This document shows, one piece after another, positions 19,191 to 30,200 of a stretch of 64,000 bases of DNA. Both the position numbers and the translations under genes were made by a program. The notes below the pieces were generated by a model, which saw only the letters and a program-made list of their open reading frames with translations, was not told the origin of the DNA and ran no database searches. The stretch lies in NCBI GenBank assembly GCA_046482365.1, contig JAWOFG010000182.1:49878-113877 (forward strand), given 5' to 3'. The stretch is from Pelovirga sp. (lineage in GTDB: Bacteria > Desulfobacterota > Desulfuromonadia > Desulfuromonadales > Geopsychrobacteraceae). The number at the start of each line of letters is the position of its first letter. The first letter of the stretch is position 1.

Positions 19191-20699
19191 TCAAAGAAAT
19201 AGCTGGTAAACCGGATCATCTGTCTCTTCTAAAAAGCGATAGCCGATGCGGTCAAGAAACTGCATCAGTTTGTTTTCATCGCCGAGCGGCAACTCCAGGC
19301 CGATCAGCACGCGGCCGAATTCCCCCCCCTGATTGCGGTAGTGAAACAGGGAAATATTCCAGTTGGTCCCCATGTCGGCCAGAAAGCGGGTCAGGGCGCC
19401 GGCGCGTTCCGGGAACCAGAAGCGGAACAGGCGCTCCCTGGTGGCCGCCGATGAACGCCCGCCCACCATGTAGCGCAGATGGGTTTTGGCCAGCTCGTTG
19501 GCAGTCAGGTCGATGGTCGGGTAGCCGCGTTGGCTGAGTTGGTCACAAAAAGCTAACCGCGCTGGTTCTCCACCAATGGCAACGCCGAGAAAGAGTTGGG
19601 CTTTGTCGCGATCGGCGAGGCGATAGCTGAACTCGGTGATGCTGGTACCGGCCAGCAGCTCACTGCAGAAGTGGCGCAAGGCGCCCGGTTTCTCCGGAAT
19701 GGTGACAGCAAACAGGGATTCAAGCCCTTCACCAATCTGGGTGCGTTCTGAAACATAGCGCAGGCGCTCAAAATTCATATTGGCGCCGGAGTTGATGGCG
19801 ATCAGGGTTTCTCCGCTGATCTGCCGTTGCTTGACATATTGTTTGAGCCCCGCCATGGCCAAGGCGCCTGCGGGCTCAACGATAGAGCGGCTGGCCTGGT
19901 AAACACTTTTGATCGCACTGCAGATCTCGTCGGTTGAGACGCGGATAATCTCATCGACATGTTTGCGGCACAGGTCAAAGGTTTTTTTGCCGACCTGTCG
20001 TACCGCCACGCCATCGGCAAAAATTCCAACGGTCTCAAGGGTGATGCGTTTGTCCGCGACCAGGGATTGGTACATGGCGTCACTGTCGAGGGGTTCGACC
20101 CCAATAATCCGGACCTGCGGTGCCAGCGCCTTGAAATAGGTGGCAATGCCGGCAATCAGGCCGCCGCCACCCACCGGCACAAAAATCGCGTCGAGTTTGC
20201 CGGCACTCTGCCGCAGGATTTCATCGGCAACGGTTCCCTGTCCGGCAATAATCAGCTCATCGTCAAACGGCGGGATAAAGGTCAGGTTACGCTGTTGTTG
20301 CAGCAGTTCGCAGTGGTCAGCCGCTTCAGAATAATTATCGCCATGCAGAACGACCTCGGCACCTAGCCTCTTAACCGCATCGATTTTGATCTTCGGGGTT
20401 GTTACCGGCATCACGATCAGCGCCTTGATGCCGAGCTTTTTGGCCGAGAAAGCGACACCTTGTGCGTGGTTACCGGCGGATGCGCAGATAACCCCATTGA
20501 TCTGTTCGGTTTCGTAGAGATGGGCAATCTTGTTGTAGGCCCCACGAATTTTAAATGAGAAAACCGGTTGCAGATCTTCGCGTTTGATCAGGATCCGGTT
20601 GCCCAGTTGCAGTGAGAGTTCGGTGGCCTCTTCGAGGGGTGTTTCGACCGCTGCCTCGTAAACCCGTGAAGTAAGAATTTTGCGAATCATTTCCTGCAT
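19191..20699 (-). CDS. ilvA: Threonine ammonia-lyase, biosynthetic
   Basis: A 502-aa protein with the PLP lysine region (PVFSFKIRGAYNK) and two C-terminal regulatory ACT-like domains. Confidence 0.95.
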   Translation of the reverse strand: MQEMIRKILTSRVYEAAVETPLEEATELSLQLGNRILIKREDLQPVFSFKIRGAYNKIAHLYETEQINGVICASAGNHAQGVAFSAKKLGIKALIVMPVTTPKIKIDAVKRLGAEVVLHGDNYSEAADHCELLQQQRNLTFIPPFDDELIIAGQGTVADEILRQSAGKLDAIFVPVGGGGLIAGIATYFKALAPQVRIIGVEPLDSDAMYQSLVADKRITLETVGIFADGVAVRQVGKKTFDLCRKHVDEIIRVSTDEICSAIKSVYQASRSIVEPAGALAMAGLKQYVKQRQISGETLIAINSGANMNFERLRYVSERTQIGEGLESLFAVTIPEKPGALRHFCSELLAGTSITEFSYRLADRDKAQLFLGVAIGGEPARLAFCDQLSQRGYPTIDLTANELAKTHLRYMVGGRSSAATRERLFRFWFPERAGALTRFLADMGTNWNISLFHYRNQGGEFGRVLIGLELPLGDENKLMQFLDRIGYRFLEETDDPVYQLFL

Positions 20700-20726
20700 G
20701 GAGGTTCTTTCCTGTTGGTTTTAATG

Positions 20727-21815
20727 TTATTCGTTGCGCAGGTTAGGGGTCCGGCCATGTTGTTCGATAAACATTTTCACATATTGCAGCCGCTCGTAAT
20801 CTTTCGGCGCGTTGCTGGCGTGACGGCTCATGCACCCGCGAACATCTGCTAAAGAACGGTAGCCGTTGTTTTCCATCCACTGCCGCAGTTCTTTTTCGAT
20901 GACCCTGATGGAACTGAGACCATGCAGGTAGAGGGTTGAACAGAGTTGGGTAACGGTGGCACCGGCGAGCAGTGCCTTGATGACTCCGGTGCTGTCGTGG
21001 ATGCCGGTCGTGGCGCCAAAATCACAGTCAACGGTGCCGTAGAGCAGAGAAATCCAGCGCAGTGTGTCGGCCATGTCATGGGGCGAACTGTAGGGCGACC
21101 CGTGGGTTAATTGGTGCTTGTCAATATCAATGTCAAAGCGATAAAAACGATTGAAAAGAACCAGCGCGTCGGCCCCTTGGCTGGTCACTTTTCCGGTCTG
21201 GCGATCTTTGCCCAACCACCCGACGCTGTAGGCCGGTGCTTCGGCCTGGTCGCTGGTCAGGAGTTTGGCGACATGGGCCAACGAGGTGAAGTAGGGGCCG
21301 ATTTTCAGCGCCACCGGAATGTTGGCCTGGTGTTTTACCGCGCGCAGAATACCAAGGTAGTCAGCAACAATATGTTCACATGGACGTGAGGAATCGGTCG
21401 CGAGAATACTGACATTCAGTTCGATCGCATCGGCCCCGGCTTGTTGGAGTTGCTGGGCATAGCCGGCCCATGAATCAGCACTGACGCAATTCAGGCTGGC
21501 GATAATGGGGATGGTCACCGCCTGTTTGGCTTGTCTGACCAGCTGCAGATACTGTTGCGGGCCGAAGGCCGTGCCATAGCTCTGCAGATACTGAAACGCT
21601 TCCCCATAGCCCGGGTAGTCCTCGGCGTGGCGACTCAGGGAGGAGATCTCGCCCCTGATCTGTTCCTCAAACAAAGAGCGCAGAACCACGGCACCGGCAC
21701 CGGCCTCGGCGCACTGACGGACCCCATCCAGCGTACCGGTAAGACAACAGCTGGCGACAACCAGTGGATTTTCCAGGGCAAGCCCCATATAGTTAGTGGA
21801 TAAGTCAGTCAACAT
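20727..21815 (-). CDS. Dihydroorotate dehydrogenase-like flavoprotein (class 1 DHOD/DHPD-like TIM barrel)
   Basis: The pattern LENPLVVASCCLTG...IIASLN...NVS...ALKIGPYF is that of a DHOD-like fold. The substrate cannot be assigned from sequence alone. Confidence 0.75.
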   Translation of the reverse strand: MLTDLSTNYMGLALENPLVVASCCLTGTLDGVRQCAEAGAGAVVLRSLFEEQIRGEISSLSRHAEDYPGYGEAFQYLQSYGTAFGPQQYLQLVRQAKQAVTIPIIASLNCVSADSWAGYAQQLQQAGADAIELNVSILATDSSRPCEHIVADYLGILRAVKHQANIPVALKIGPYFTSLAHVAKLLTSDQAEAPAYSVGWLGKDRQTGKVTSQGADALVLFNRFYRFDIDIDKHQLTHGSPYSSPHDMADTLRWISLLYGTVDCDFGATTGIHDSTGVIKALLAGATVTQLCSTLYLHGLSSIRVIEKELRQWMENNGYRSLADVRGCMSRHASNAPKDYERLQYVKMFIEQHGRTPNLRNE

Positions 21816-21904
21816 CGCCTCCGTTAGTCGTTGTTATCGTTGCGGCCCGGGATTTTTTCTGGCCTGTTTCTTTCCCTGTGTCGCTGTTGTTATACTGTCG
21901 GCCT

Positions 21905-22225
21905 ATGAAAAAATTACATGTTTTCAGTTTTCATGAAGCGTATCTTGCCAGCCTGCTGCGGGATATCCTGATCCGCGAGGAGATTGACTGTGTTTTGCGC
22001 AATGTTCAACTGAGCGCCGCTGTTGGTGAAATCCCCTTTATTGAGTGCTGTCCGGAGCTCTGGGTTGTTGATGATGAAGCCTGGCCCCGGGCAAAAATGT
22101 TTGTTGATGCCTGGTTTAAAAAAGATGCTGCTGCACCAGCGTGGCGTTGTCCGCAATGTCAGGAAACCCTTGAGGGGCACTTCGGAGCCTGCTGGCGTTG
22201 TGGTTACTTGCGCATAGATGGATAG
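21905..22225 (+). CDS. DUF2007-type small protein with C-terminal zinc ribbon
   Basis: MKKLHVFSFHEAYLASLLRDIL... resembles a putative signal-transducing fold. The C-terminus has CPQC...CWRC. The start was trimmed to the ATG at 21905. Confidence 0.6.
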   Translation: MKKLHVFSFHEAYLASLLRDILIREEIDCVLRNVQLSAAVGEIPFIECCPELWVVDDEAWPRAKMFVDAWFKKDAAAPAWRCPQCQETLEGHFGACWRCGYLRIDG

Positions 22226-22343
22226 ATACCATATCGTTATGATGCTGAACAGGGTTGTCTGGACCGGTGACAATAATCGAGTCGGAATAGCTGCTCTGAT
22301 TTTTTAATTGTTCGTTAATGAGGGGTCACAGGAAGGAACATCG

Positions 22344-22871
22344 ATGATACTCTCCGGCAGGGAAATCGACGCCCGTATGGGTCAGGACATTATTATCCAT
22401 CCCTATGACAAGTCGCGTCTGAATCCCAATAGTTACAATCTGGAATTACATGACGAGCTGCTGATTTATACCGAAAAGCAGCTTGATATGAAAAAAAACA
22501 ATGCCTGGACAACCCTTACCATTCCGCCGGATGGTTTTGTCCTGGAGCCGAACCGGCTTTATCTCGGCCGAACCCGGGAATACACGGAAACCCGCAACCT
22601 GGTGCCTATGCTGGAGGGGCGCTCATCGGTGGGACGTCTGGGTTTGTTCGTGCATGTCACGGCAGGGTTTGGTGACGTTGGTTTTCGCGGCTTCTGGACG
22701 CTTGAAATGTTCAGTGTCCACCCTATCCGGATTTATGCCGGAGTACAGATATGCCAGATTTATTACCATAGCCTGCACGGGGAGAGTGAGTCCTACGCCA
22801 GCGGTAAATATCAGGATAATCAAGGGATTCAGCCGAGCCTGCTGTACCGCGACTATAGCGATCAAACCTGA
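22344..22871 (+). CDS. dcd: dCTP deaminase
   Basis: MILSGREIDARMG...NSYNLEL...EGRSSVGRLGLFVHVTAGFGDVGF...TLEM is the Dcd signature. The start was chosen at 22344. Confidence 0.9.
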   Translation: MILSGREIDARMGQDIIIHPYDKSRLNPNSYNLELHDELLIYTEKQLDMKKNNAWTTLTIPPDGFVLEPNRLYLGRTREYTETRNLVPMLEGRSSVGRLGLFVHVTAGFGDVGFRGFWTLEMFSVHPIRIYAGVQICQIYYHSLHGESESYASGKYQDNQGIQPSLLYRDYSDQT

Positions 22872-22918
22872 TTGCTGCGCAAGAGACTAATATATTAACT
22901 ATTTTTGTTCGGAGCCTT

Positions 22919-25564
22919 ATGTCAACTCAATCACCAAAAACCAAATATCTTAAAGATTATCTTACCCCGGCCTACCTGGTGGATCAGGTTGAACTCAATT
23001 TTGATCTGAGCCCGACCGCAACCGAGGTTTTTTCAACCCTTACCTTACGGTTGAACCCGGACCGCAACGGGGTTATTGAACCCCTGGTGCTTGACGGTGA
23101 ACATCTGCAACTGCTGGCAGTCAAGGTTGACGGTATACCGCTGACGTTGGCTGACTACCAGTGTGATGACGTCGGTCTGACGATTCCTGCACCGCCTGCG
23201 CAGTTTATTTTACACATCATCACCCGCATTGATCCCCTGAACAACACGGCGTTGGAGGGACTTTATCAGTCCAACGGGATTTTCTGCACCCAGTGTGAAC
23301 CTGAAGGTTTTCGAAAAATTACCTACTATCCGGATCGCCCCGATGTGCTGGCGCCATTTAGGGTTCGGATCGAAGGGGAGCCGGCCGATTGCCCGGTGTT
23401 GTTGAGTAACGGCAATCTGGTGGATCAGGGAGTGCTGGATAGCGGCCGTCACTTTGCCTGCTGGGAAGACCCGTTTCCCAAGCCGAGCTATCTCTTTGCT
23501 CTGGTGGCTGGAAACCTGGTCTCTCTGGAAGATCACTTCATCACCATGTCGAAGCGTCGGGTTTTGTTGCAGATTTATGTTGAGGAGCGCAACCGCAACG
23601 ACTGTGACTTTGCCATGGAGTCGTTGAAAAAGGCGATGAAGTGGGAAGAACAGGTTTACCGGCTGGAATATGATCTGGACCGTTACATGATCGTTGCGGT
23701 GGACGATTTCAACATGGGAGCGATGGAGAACAAAGGCTTGAACGTGTTTAACTCAAAATACGTGCTTGCTCGCCCGGAAACGGCAACCGATAACGATTAC
23801 CTGGGGATTGAAGCGGTCATCGCGCATGAATACTTTCACAACTGGACCGGCAATCGCGTCACCTGCCGTGACTGGTTCCAGCTCAGCTTGAAAGAAGGGC
23901 TGACCGTGCTGCGCGATCAGCAGTTTTCTGCCGACATGCAGTCTGCTGCGGTCAAACGGATTGATGATGTCGCCTTGCTGCGCCAGTATCAGTTTCCCGA
24001 AGATGCCGGGCCCATGGCGCATCCGGTGCGTCCGGAGGCTTATGTAGAGATCAACAACTTCTACACGACAACGATCTACAACAAGGGTGCTGAGGTCATC
24101 CGGATGCTAGAAACCCTGCTGGGCCGAGAGCGGTTTGTCGAGGGGGTTCGCCTCTATCTGAACCGTCACGATGGTCAGGCCGCGACCTGCGAGGATTTTA
24201 TCGCCGCACTGGAAGCGGTCGGTGAGATGGATCTGACCCGGTTCCGGCGCTGGTACACCCAGGCTGGAACCCCTGAAATAAGGGTGGATTGTCAATACGA
24301 TCGCGCCACTCAAACCTTCACCCTTGACTGTCAGCAAAGCTGTCCAGCCACCCCCGGCCAGCCCGACAAAGAACCGTTTCACCTGCCCCTGATGATGGGA
24401 CTGCTTGGTCATGATGGTGTCGATCTTGCCTTGCAGCCGGCAAGCGACGAGGCTCCTGGCGGTACCAGTCGAGTGCTTGAACTGACGCAAGCCCGCGAGC
24501 AATTCTCTTTTGTCGGGGTCCAGGAGCAACCGGTACTGTCGCTGTTGCGCGGGTTTTCTGCGCCGGTACGCTTGAAAATGCAGGATCGGCCCGAAGACCT
24601 GGCGTTTCGCATGGCTTACGACAGCGATTCCTTTAACCGTTGGGAGGCGGGTCAGCAGTTATCCGTTGCGGAGTTGTTGCAACTTTATCAGCAGCAGCTG
24701 GAGGGACAGCTGTCCGCCGGCCTGAGTAAGATTTTTGTTGATGCCTGGGGGGTTGTCCTGACCGATAGCGAGGCGGATGAAAGCCTGCTGGCCCGCATGC
24801 TGCAGCTGCCCAGCGAACAGTATCTTGCCGATCAACTGGATGAGGTCGATCCACAGCTGATCAGGGCTGTGCGTGAACAGGCCCTGCGGCAACTGCTGTC
24901 AGTCCATCATGAGAAACTGCTGCAGCGTTATAACAGCTATTCAAGCGCAGGGGATTATTCCCTCGATCCCGGTTCTGTTGGTCGTCGTCGCCTGGTTCAT
25001 GGCTGCCTGTCGCTGCTGATGCTGGAACCCGATGAGCCGCTGCAGGACCGTTGCCTGCGTCATTATCAGCAGGCCGGCAACATGACCGATCGGCTGGCAG
25101 CCTTTGCCGCCCTGGTAGATTGCCGACAGAGTCCGCTGCGTGATCAGGTCAAAGAGGATTTTTACCAACAGTGGAAGCACTACCCGCTGTTGCTTGACAA
25201 GTGGTTCTCAACCTTGGCATCAGGGCGTGACGAAAATACTTTTTTTGAGATTGAACGTCTGCTGTTGCACCCTGATTTTACCCTGAACAACCCTAACCGG
25301 GCGCGCTCTTTACTCGGTGCATTTGCCCAGAATCTGGCAGTTTTTCACCGTCCCGACGGCAAAGGCTATCGCTTGTTAACCGAGCAGATCAGACGCCTTG
25401 ACAAGCGTAACCCCCAGGTGGCGGCGCGCATGGCTACCCCCTTGACCCGGTGGAAACGGCTGGAGCCCCATCGCCGGGCGCTGCTGCACGAGGAGCTGGT
25501 GGCGTTACAACAGGAAAATCTGTCGCGTGATCTATACGAAATCGTCAATAAAAGTCTGGTCTGA
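22919..25564 (+). CDS. pepN: Aminopeptidase N (M1 family)
   Basis: An 881-aa protein with the GAMEN exopeptidase motif and the zinc site HEYFHNWTGNRVT...LKEG. Confidence 0.95.
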   Translation: MSTQSPKTKYLKDYLTPAYLVDQVELNFDLSPTATEVFSTLTLRLNPDRNGVIEPLVLDGEHLQLLAVKVDGIPLTLADYQCDDVGLTIPAPPAQFILHIITRIDPLNNTALEGLYQSNGIFCTQCEPEGFRKITYYPDRPDVLAPFRVRIEGEPADCPVLLSNGNLVDQGVLDSGRHFACWEDPFPKPSYLFALVAGNLVSLEDHFITMSKRRVLLQIYVEERNRNDCDFAMESLKKAMKWEEQVYRLEYDLDRYMIVAVDDFNMGAMENKGLNVFNSKYVLARPETATDNDYLGIEAVIAHEYFHNWTGNRVTCRDWFQLSLKEGLTVLRDQQFSADMQSAAVKRIDDVALLRQYQFPEDAGPMAHPVRPEAYVEINNFYTTTIYNKGAEVIRMLETLLGRERFVEGVRLYLNRHDGQAATCEDFIAALEAVGEMDLTRFRRWYTQAGTPEIRVDCQYDRATQTFTLDCQQSCPATPGQPDKEPFHLPLMMGLLGHDGVDLALQPASDEAPGGTSRVLELTQAREQFSFVGVQEQPVLSLLRGFSAPVRLKMQDRPEDLAFRMAYDSDSFNRWEAGQQLSVAELLQLYQQQLEGQLSAGLSKIFVDAWGVVLTDSEADESLLARMLQLPSEQYLADQLDEVDPQLIRAVREQALRQLLSVHHEKLLQRYNSYSSAGDYSLDPGSVGRRRLVHGCLSLLMLEPDEPLQDRCLRHYQQAGNMTDRLAAFAALVDCRQSPLRDQVKEDFYQQWKHYPLLLDKWFSTLASGRDENTFFEIERLLLHPDFTLNNPNRARSLLGAFAQNLAVFHRPDGKGYRLLTEQIRRLDKRNPQVAARMATPLTRWKRLEPHRRALLHEELVALQQENLSRDLYEIVNKSLV

Positions 25565-25581
25565 TGCGAAAGTGAGAACGG

Positions 25582-26493
25582 ATGATGGATTATACAATCA
25601 TTGGTTGTGGTGATATCGGTAAACGGGTAGCCAAAGAGCTGTTGAACCAGGGGCACAAGGTGCAGGCCACGGCCCACGACGCCGAAGGGGCAGCAGAGCT
25701 TTTAACCTTAGGAGTGACGCCGGTTGTCACCAACTTCGATTACCGGGAAGGCTTGCCGCTTCTGGCGGTCCAGCGCCACAGGGTCTTTTATTTTATGCCG
25801 CCGCAAGGGGGAGGATCAATCGATGCCCGCATGGCAAATTTCTGCCGTATGCTGAGCGCCGATAACTGTCCGCAACGGATTGTCTACATAAGTACCAGCG
25901 GTGTTTATGGTGACTGTGGTGATGACCTGGTGACGGAAGAAACACCACTTGATCCCCAAACCAGTCGCGCCAAAAGAAGGGTCAGCGCCGAAAGCCAACT
26001 GTGCGACAAGGCCAAAGAGCTGGGTTTTGACCTGATCATCCTGCGTGTGACAGGGATTTATGGCCCTGGACGCCTGCCACTGGCGCAATTGCACAAGGGG
26101 CACCAGGTGTTGCGACCGGAAGATTCACCGATAACCAATCGTATTCACAGCCTGGATCTGGTGCGCATCTGCCTGGTTGCTATGGAACGGGGCGAGGCGG
26201 GAGATATCTTTAATGTCTGTGATGGTCAGCACAGCAGTATGAGTGAATATTTTAGTGCGGTCGCTGATCTGTATGATCTGCCGCGTCCACAGCAGTTGAC
26301 CTGGGACGAAGCGCAGCAGATCATGAACCCTCTGACGTTGTCGTTTCTGCAGGAATCGCGGCGTATGACCAATCGTCATATGCTGGAAAAGCTTGGAATC
26401 AAGTTGTTGTATCCTACCCTCGAGGAGGGGCTGGCGATCTGCCGGCAAGGTGATGATGTGCCGGTCGTTGTAAGCAAGGCTACAAACGAATAA
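25582..26493 (+). CDS. NAD(P)-binding SDR/epimerase family protein
   Basis: Has an N-terminal Rossmann motif (IIGCGDIGKRV) and an atypical-SDR length of 303 aa. Confidence 0.75.
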   Translation: MMDYTIIGCGDIGKRVAKELLNQGHKVQATAHDAEGAAELLTLGVTPVVTNFDYREGLPLLAVQRHRVFYFMPPQGGGSIDARMANFCRMLSADNCPQRIVYISTSGVYGDCGDDLVTEETPLDPQTSRAKRRVSAESQLCDKAKELGFDLIILRVTGIYGPGRLPLAQLHKGHQVLRPEDSPITNRIHSLDLVRICLVAMERGEAGDIFNVCDGQHSSMSEYFSAVADLYDLPRPQQLTWDEAQQIMNPLTLSFLQESRRMTNRHMLEKLGIKLLYPTLEEGLAICRQGDDVPVVVSKATNE

Positions 26494-26688
26494 TGCTGGC
26501 TAATTTTGTCATTAAGGTCAGTTCACAGTTGCCGGAAATCTTCCAGTGGGCTAAAGTAGTTTGTCAAGTCGAAGACGGTATCTGACCCTTAAGGTCAATT
26601 ATTGATTCCTCGTTTACGATTCGAAAACTGTACTAAGCTCATCTGGAGTTACCGGATAAACACTAACTAGATAAGGGGAGCGTATCTC

Positions 26689-27681
26689 ATGAGTGAACCG
26701 GGTAAAACCAAGTTTCAGGTCGATCTGCGGCGCCATTTGCGCGAAACCGGTGTTGAAGATAATCTGACCCATCTCATTTGTGAGATAGCCGAGGCATCCA
26801 AATATATTATTCATTCCATTCGAACCGGTGACCTCGGGGTGGCCGGTACTTCCAACCTTTATGGTGAGCAGCAGCTGGCTCTGGATGTGTTGGCGGATCG
26901 GATCTTGCGTAAGCGCCTTGATCATTCCGGCGTGGTCGCAAACATGATGTCGGAGGAGATGGATCAGATTATACCCGTTTCGACCGACTGGGAGGGTAAA
27001 TATTCAGTTGCTTTTGATCCCCTGGATGGTTCATCCCTGGTTGACGTTAACCTGGCGGTAGGCACCATCGTTGCTATTTTCCCCGGCTATGATCTGCTGC
27101 GCCCCGGGCGTGAGCAGGTGGCAGCCTTATATATTCTCTACGGTCCGCGCACCACCCTGGTTTACAGTGTCGGGGACGGGGTTTATGAATTCGGGATGAA
27201 CAACCTGATGGAATATACGCTGCTGCGTGAGCACATTACTTTAAAGCCCAAAGGCAAGCTTTATTCGCCGGGGGGGATACGCAATCAGTATACTCCAGGG
27301 GTTGAAGCCTATGTTTCGTCGCTGGAGAAAAGCGGGGTGAAATTGCGCTACAGCGGTGGTTTTGTGCCGGATATCAATCAGGTGCTGCTTAAGGGGGAGG
27401 GGATTTTCCTTTACCCTCACCTCAAAGACCTGCCCCGTGGCAAACTGCGCCTACTGTTTGAACTCAGCCCCATGGCCTATCTGGTCGAGCAGGCCGGTGG
27501 CGCGGCTTCCGACGGTCACCAGCCGATTCTCGATCTGATGCCGACCCAGATCCACGAGCGTGCCCCGGTCTTTATCGGCTGCAAGGACGATGTTGCCCTG
27601 GCTGAAGAGATGCTTCGTACCCACGAGGGGAAAAAGGACGTTCCCGCCGAGAAAGGGCGCTCAGTTAAAGCTTCAGGATAA
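26689..27681 (+). CDS. fbp: Fructose-1,6-bisphosphatase class 1
   Basis: EQQLALDVLAD...FDPLDGSS...YGPRT...YSGGFVPD are FBPase class 1 motifs. Confidence 0.95.
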   Translation: MSEPGKTKFQVDLRRHLRETGVEDNLTHLICEIAEASKYIIHSIRTGDLGVAGTSNLYGEQQLALDVLADRILRKRLDHSGVVANMMSEEMDQIIPVSTDWEGKYSVAFDPLDGSSLVDVNLAVGTIVAIFPGYDLLRPGREQVAALYILYGPRTTLVYSVGDGVYEFGMNNLMEYTLLREHITLKPKGKLYSPGGIRNQYTPGVEAYVSSLEKSGVKLRYSGGFVPDINQVLLKGEGIFLYPHLKDLPRGKLRLLFELSPMAYLVEQAGGAASDGHQPILDLMPTQIHERAPVFIGCKDDVALAEEMLRTHEGKKDVPAEKGRSVKASG

Positions 27682-27730
27682 GGTTTTTTAAACCAGACCT
27701 TGTCGCAATAGTCTAACCGGGGAGGGGGAC

Positions 27731-30151
27731 TTGCCGTTATTATTTTATTTGCTGGCGGCGGCCATTATTGGTTTGGCCGCCGCCAGTGTCGTTTCTGTCG
27801 GGGCGCCAAGCGGATGGATTGCTATCCTGCTTTGTCTGTGCCTGGCGTTTTATCTGCGCTGTATTTCCCGATTTTCCCGATTTCCACGACTCCCCCTGCT
27901 TCTGACCTGCCTTGCTGTTTCGCTCTTTTTCAACAGCCAGTATGCTGCCCGGTTACAATTTGCGGATGATGTTACCCGGATCGACCGGCTGGCCCGTCGA
28001 ACGACCGCCATTGGAATAATAACCGATATTCGTCAGTTGACCGATGGGCGTAGCCGGATTGATCTGCTGGTTGACGAGGTAAGGGATAAGCAGGTGGCGC
28101 TGGAACTCAAGCGCCCGTTGAGATTGCGCCTGAGTGTCGAAGAAAGCGGTGATCAGGTTGATCTGCTGCCCCGGGATCGTATTCGTTTTAGCGGTCGACT
28201 CCGCCAGCCGCGGTTATTCGGCACCCCGGGTGAATTTCAATGGCCGCGTTATGTGATCAGCCAGAATATCGATATGACCAGTTGGGTTAAAAGTATTGAC
28301 GAGGTCGCACTTGTGGCTGCGGGGGAAGGAGGCCTGCAACGGTTGATCGTCCAGTGGCGAGAACGGATTGCGGGTTTTATCGTAGCCCATGTGTCAGAAA
28401 AGAACTCTCCTTTGGTACGGGCCCTGGTACTGGGGGAGGGGCGGCAATTGCCGGAGACCGTACGTAAAACCCTGGCCGGCGCGGGCGTCAGTCATCTGTT
28501 TGCCATTTCCGGACTGCATCTTGGAATATTAGCGGTGTTCGGTTATCGTCTGTTGCTGTTGTTCTACCGGCGCTCAGCCTGGCTGCTTCACTGGCAGCCG
28601 CCTCAACGGGTACTCCCCCTGGTGTTGTTACCGTTGCTCTTTGTTTATCTGCTGTTAACCGGTGATGCGGTGTCAACCCGCCGCGCTTTTGCCCTGGCTG
28701 GTATCGGGGCGCTGTTGTTGTGGTGGCGTTATCCGGTCAATCCGCTACATCTGTTGGCTGCTGTAGCGTTGACTTTTTTACTCTATAACCCGCTGCTGTT
28801 GTGGTCAGCCGGCTGGCAGTTGTCGTTTTGCGGCGCTGCCGGCATTCTGTTGTGGCGACCCTGGTGGCAACATCAGCGTGTCATGGAGCTGCCATGGACC
28901 GGTTTGCGCTATCTGATCCAGATTTTTCTGGTCAGTTTCGCCGCAACTTCGGCAACCCTGCCTTTAGTCCTGTTTAATTTTCACTTGTTCGCTCCGGCAG
29001 CCCTGGTCGCGAATCTGGTCTGCGTGCCGATCGTTACCCTGATTGCTCTACCGATCGGGTTTGTCGGTCTGTTCTTGTTTCCCTTGTGGCCACAAGCGGC
29101 CGCGCTTTTATTTCCCTGCAGTGGCTTTTTTCTGGGACAGCTCTATCAGTTCTCTTTATGGCTGACCGACTTTTCGCTGCTGGCGGGCAAGTATCTCTAC
29201 TGGTCACGTACTCAGTATCTTGCGCTGGCTTTACTGTTGGTCCCGTTGCTGTTGATGCCCCTGCTATCCCGGCGTCCGTGGCTTGCCATAACAGCAGGTT
29301 GCCTGTTGTCGGCTTTGTTGTTGTGGCAGTTGCCCCTGGTGTCCAGGACACCATTAACCCTGACCATGTTCAGCGTCGGTCAGGGGGAGTCGTTGCTTCT
29401 ACAAAACAACAGTGGCCAGAATATCCTGATTGATGGAGGCGGACTCTATGGTGACCGTTTTGATGTCGGGCAGCGCCTGCTGGCTCCGGCCTTCGGTGAG
29501 TTAGGTGTTAAGCATTTTGACCGGATTATCCTGACCCATGATCATGCTGATCACTGGAAAGGATTGATCTATGTGCTTGAACGCTTTCCGGTCGCTGAGC
29601 TGGTCGTTGGTGAGCCCCTGGTGAACTACAACCCGGCACTTGTAGAAGTGACCCGACGCAACAATATCCCCGTGCGGGTGGTGGAACAGGGGTGGAGCCC
29701 CTTTGCCGACTGGCGAGAGGGAACACTGGAGGTATACAATGACAGTGCTGTGGCCGCTAATGCCAATGATGCCTCTCTGGTGCTTGCCTTGCGCACCGTC
29801 GATGCAACAGGACGTGCTCAGGGGCTGCTGTTGGCCGGTGATCTCGAGTCACAGGGGGTGCAGGGCCTGATTGCTGCGGGACTTTCGACTCCCGCAACCT
29901 TGCTCAAACTTCCCCACCACGGCAGCGGTAAATCGCAGAGCGAGCGCTTGGTGTCTTTGTTGGGTTCTGAGGTGGGTTTGGTGTCAGTCGGCTATCAGAA
30001 TATCTATCGGTTGCCATCCAAAACTCTATTGGAACAGCTCGAAGAACAGGACATGAGGATTTATCGAACCGATCGGGACGGAACCGTTCGAGTGCAGCTG
30101 GATGATGCCGGGTGGCGCCCGCAAAAATGGCAAAATGGCCTTTTCCGTTGA
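27731..30151 (+). CDS. comEC: DNA internalization-related competence protein ComEC/Rec2
   Basis: An 806-aa protein with a polytopic competence domain plus a C-terminal metallo-beta-lactamase domain (LTHDHADHWKG, LKLPHHGS). Confidence 0.9.
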   Translation: MPLLFYLLAAAIIGLAAASVVSVGAPSGWIAILLCLCLAFYLRCISRFSRFPRLPLLLTCLAVSLFFNSQYAARLQFADDVTRIDRLARRTTAIGIITDIRQLTDGRSRIDLLVDEVRDKQVALELKRPLRLRLSVEESGDQVDLLPRDRIRFSGRLRQPRLFGTPGEFQWPRYVISQNIDMTSWVKSIDEVALVAAGEGGLQRLIVQWRERIAGFIVAHVSEKNSPLVRALVLGEGRQLPETVRKTLAGAGVSHLFAISGLHLGILAVFGYRLLLLFYRRSAWLLHWQPPQRVLPLVLLPLLFVYLLLTGDAVSTRRAFALAGIGALLLWWRYPVNPLHLLAAVALTFLLYNPLLLWSAGWQLSFCGAAGILLWRPWWQHQRVMELPWTGLRYLIQIFLVSFAATSATLPLVLFNFHLFAPAALVANLVCVPIVTLIALPIGFVGLFLFPLWPQAAALLFPCSGFFLGQLYQFSLWLTDFSLLAGKYLYWSRTQYLALALLLVPLLLMPLLSRRPWLAITAGCLLSALLLWQLPLVSRTPLTLTMFSVGQGESLLLQNNSGQNILIDGGGLYGDRFDVGQRLLAPAFGELGVKHFDRIILTHDHADHWKGLIYVLERFPVAELVVGEPLVNYNPALVEVTRRNNIPVRVVEQGWSPFADWREGTLEVYNDSAVAANANDASLVLALRTVDATGRAQGLLLAGDLESQGVQGLIAAGLSTPATLLKLPHHGSGKSQSERLVSLLGSEVGLVSVGYQNIYRLPSKTLLEQLEEQDMRIYRTDRDGTVRVQLDDAGWRPQKWQNGLFR

Positions 30152-30200
30152 CTTTGCGGGGTAAAGACTGATACTTAAATGACAATATTGCTAAGGGGTT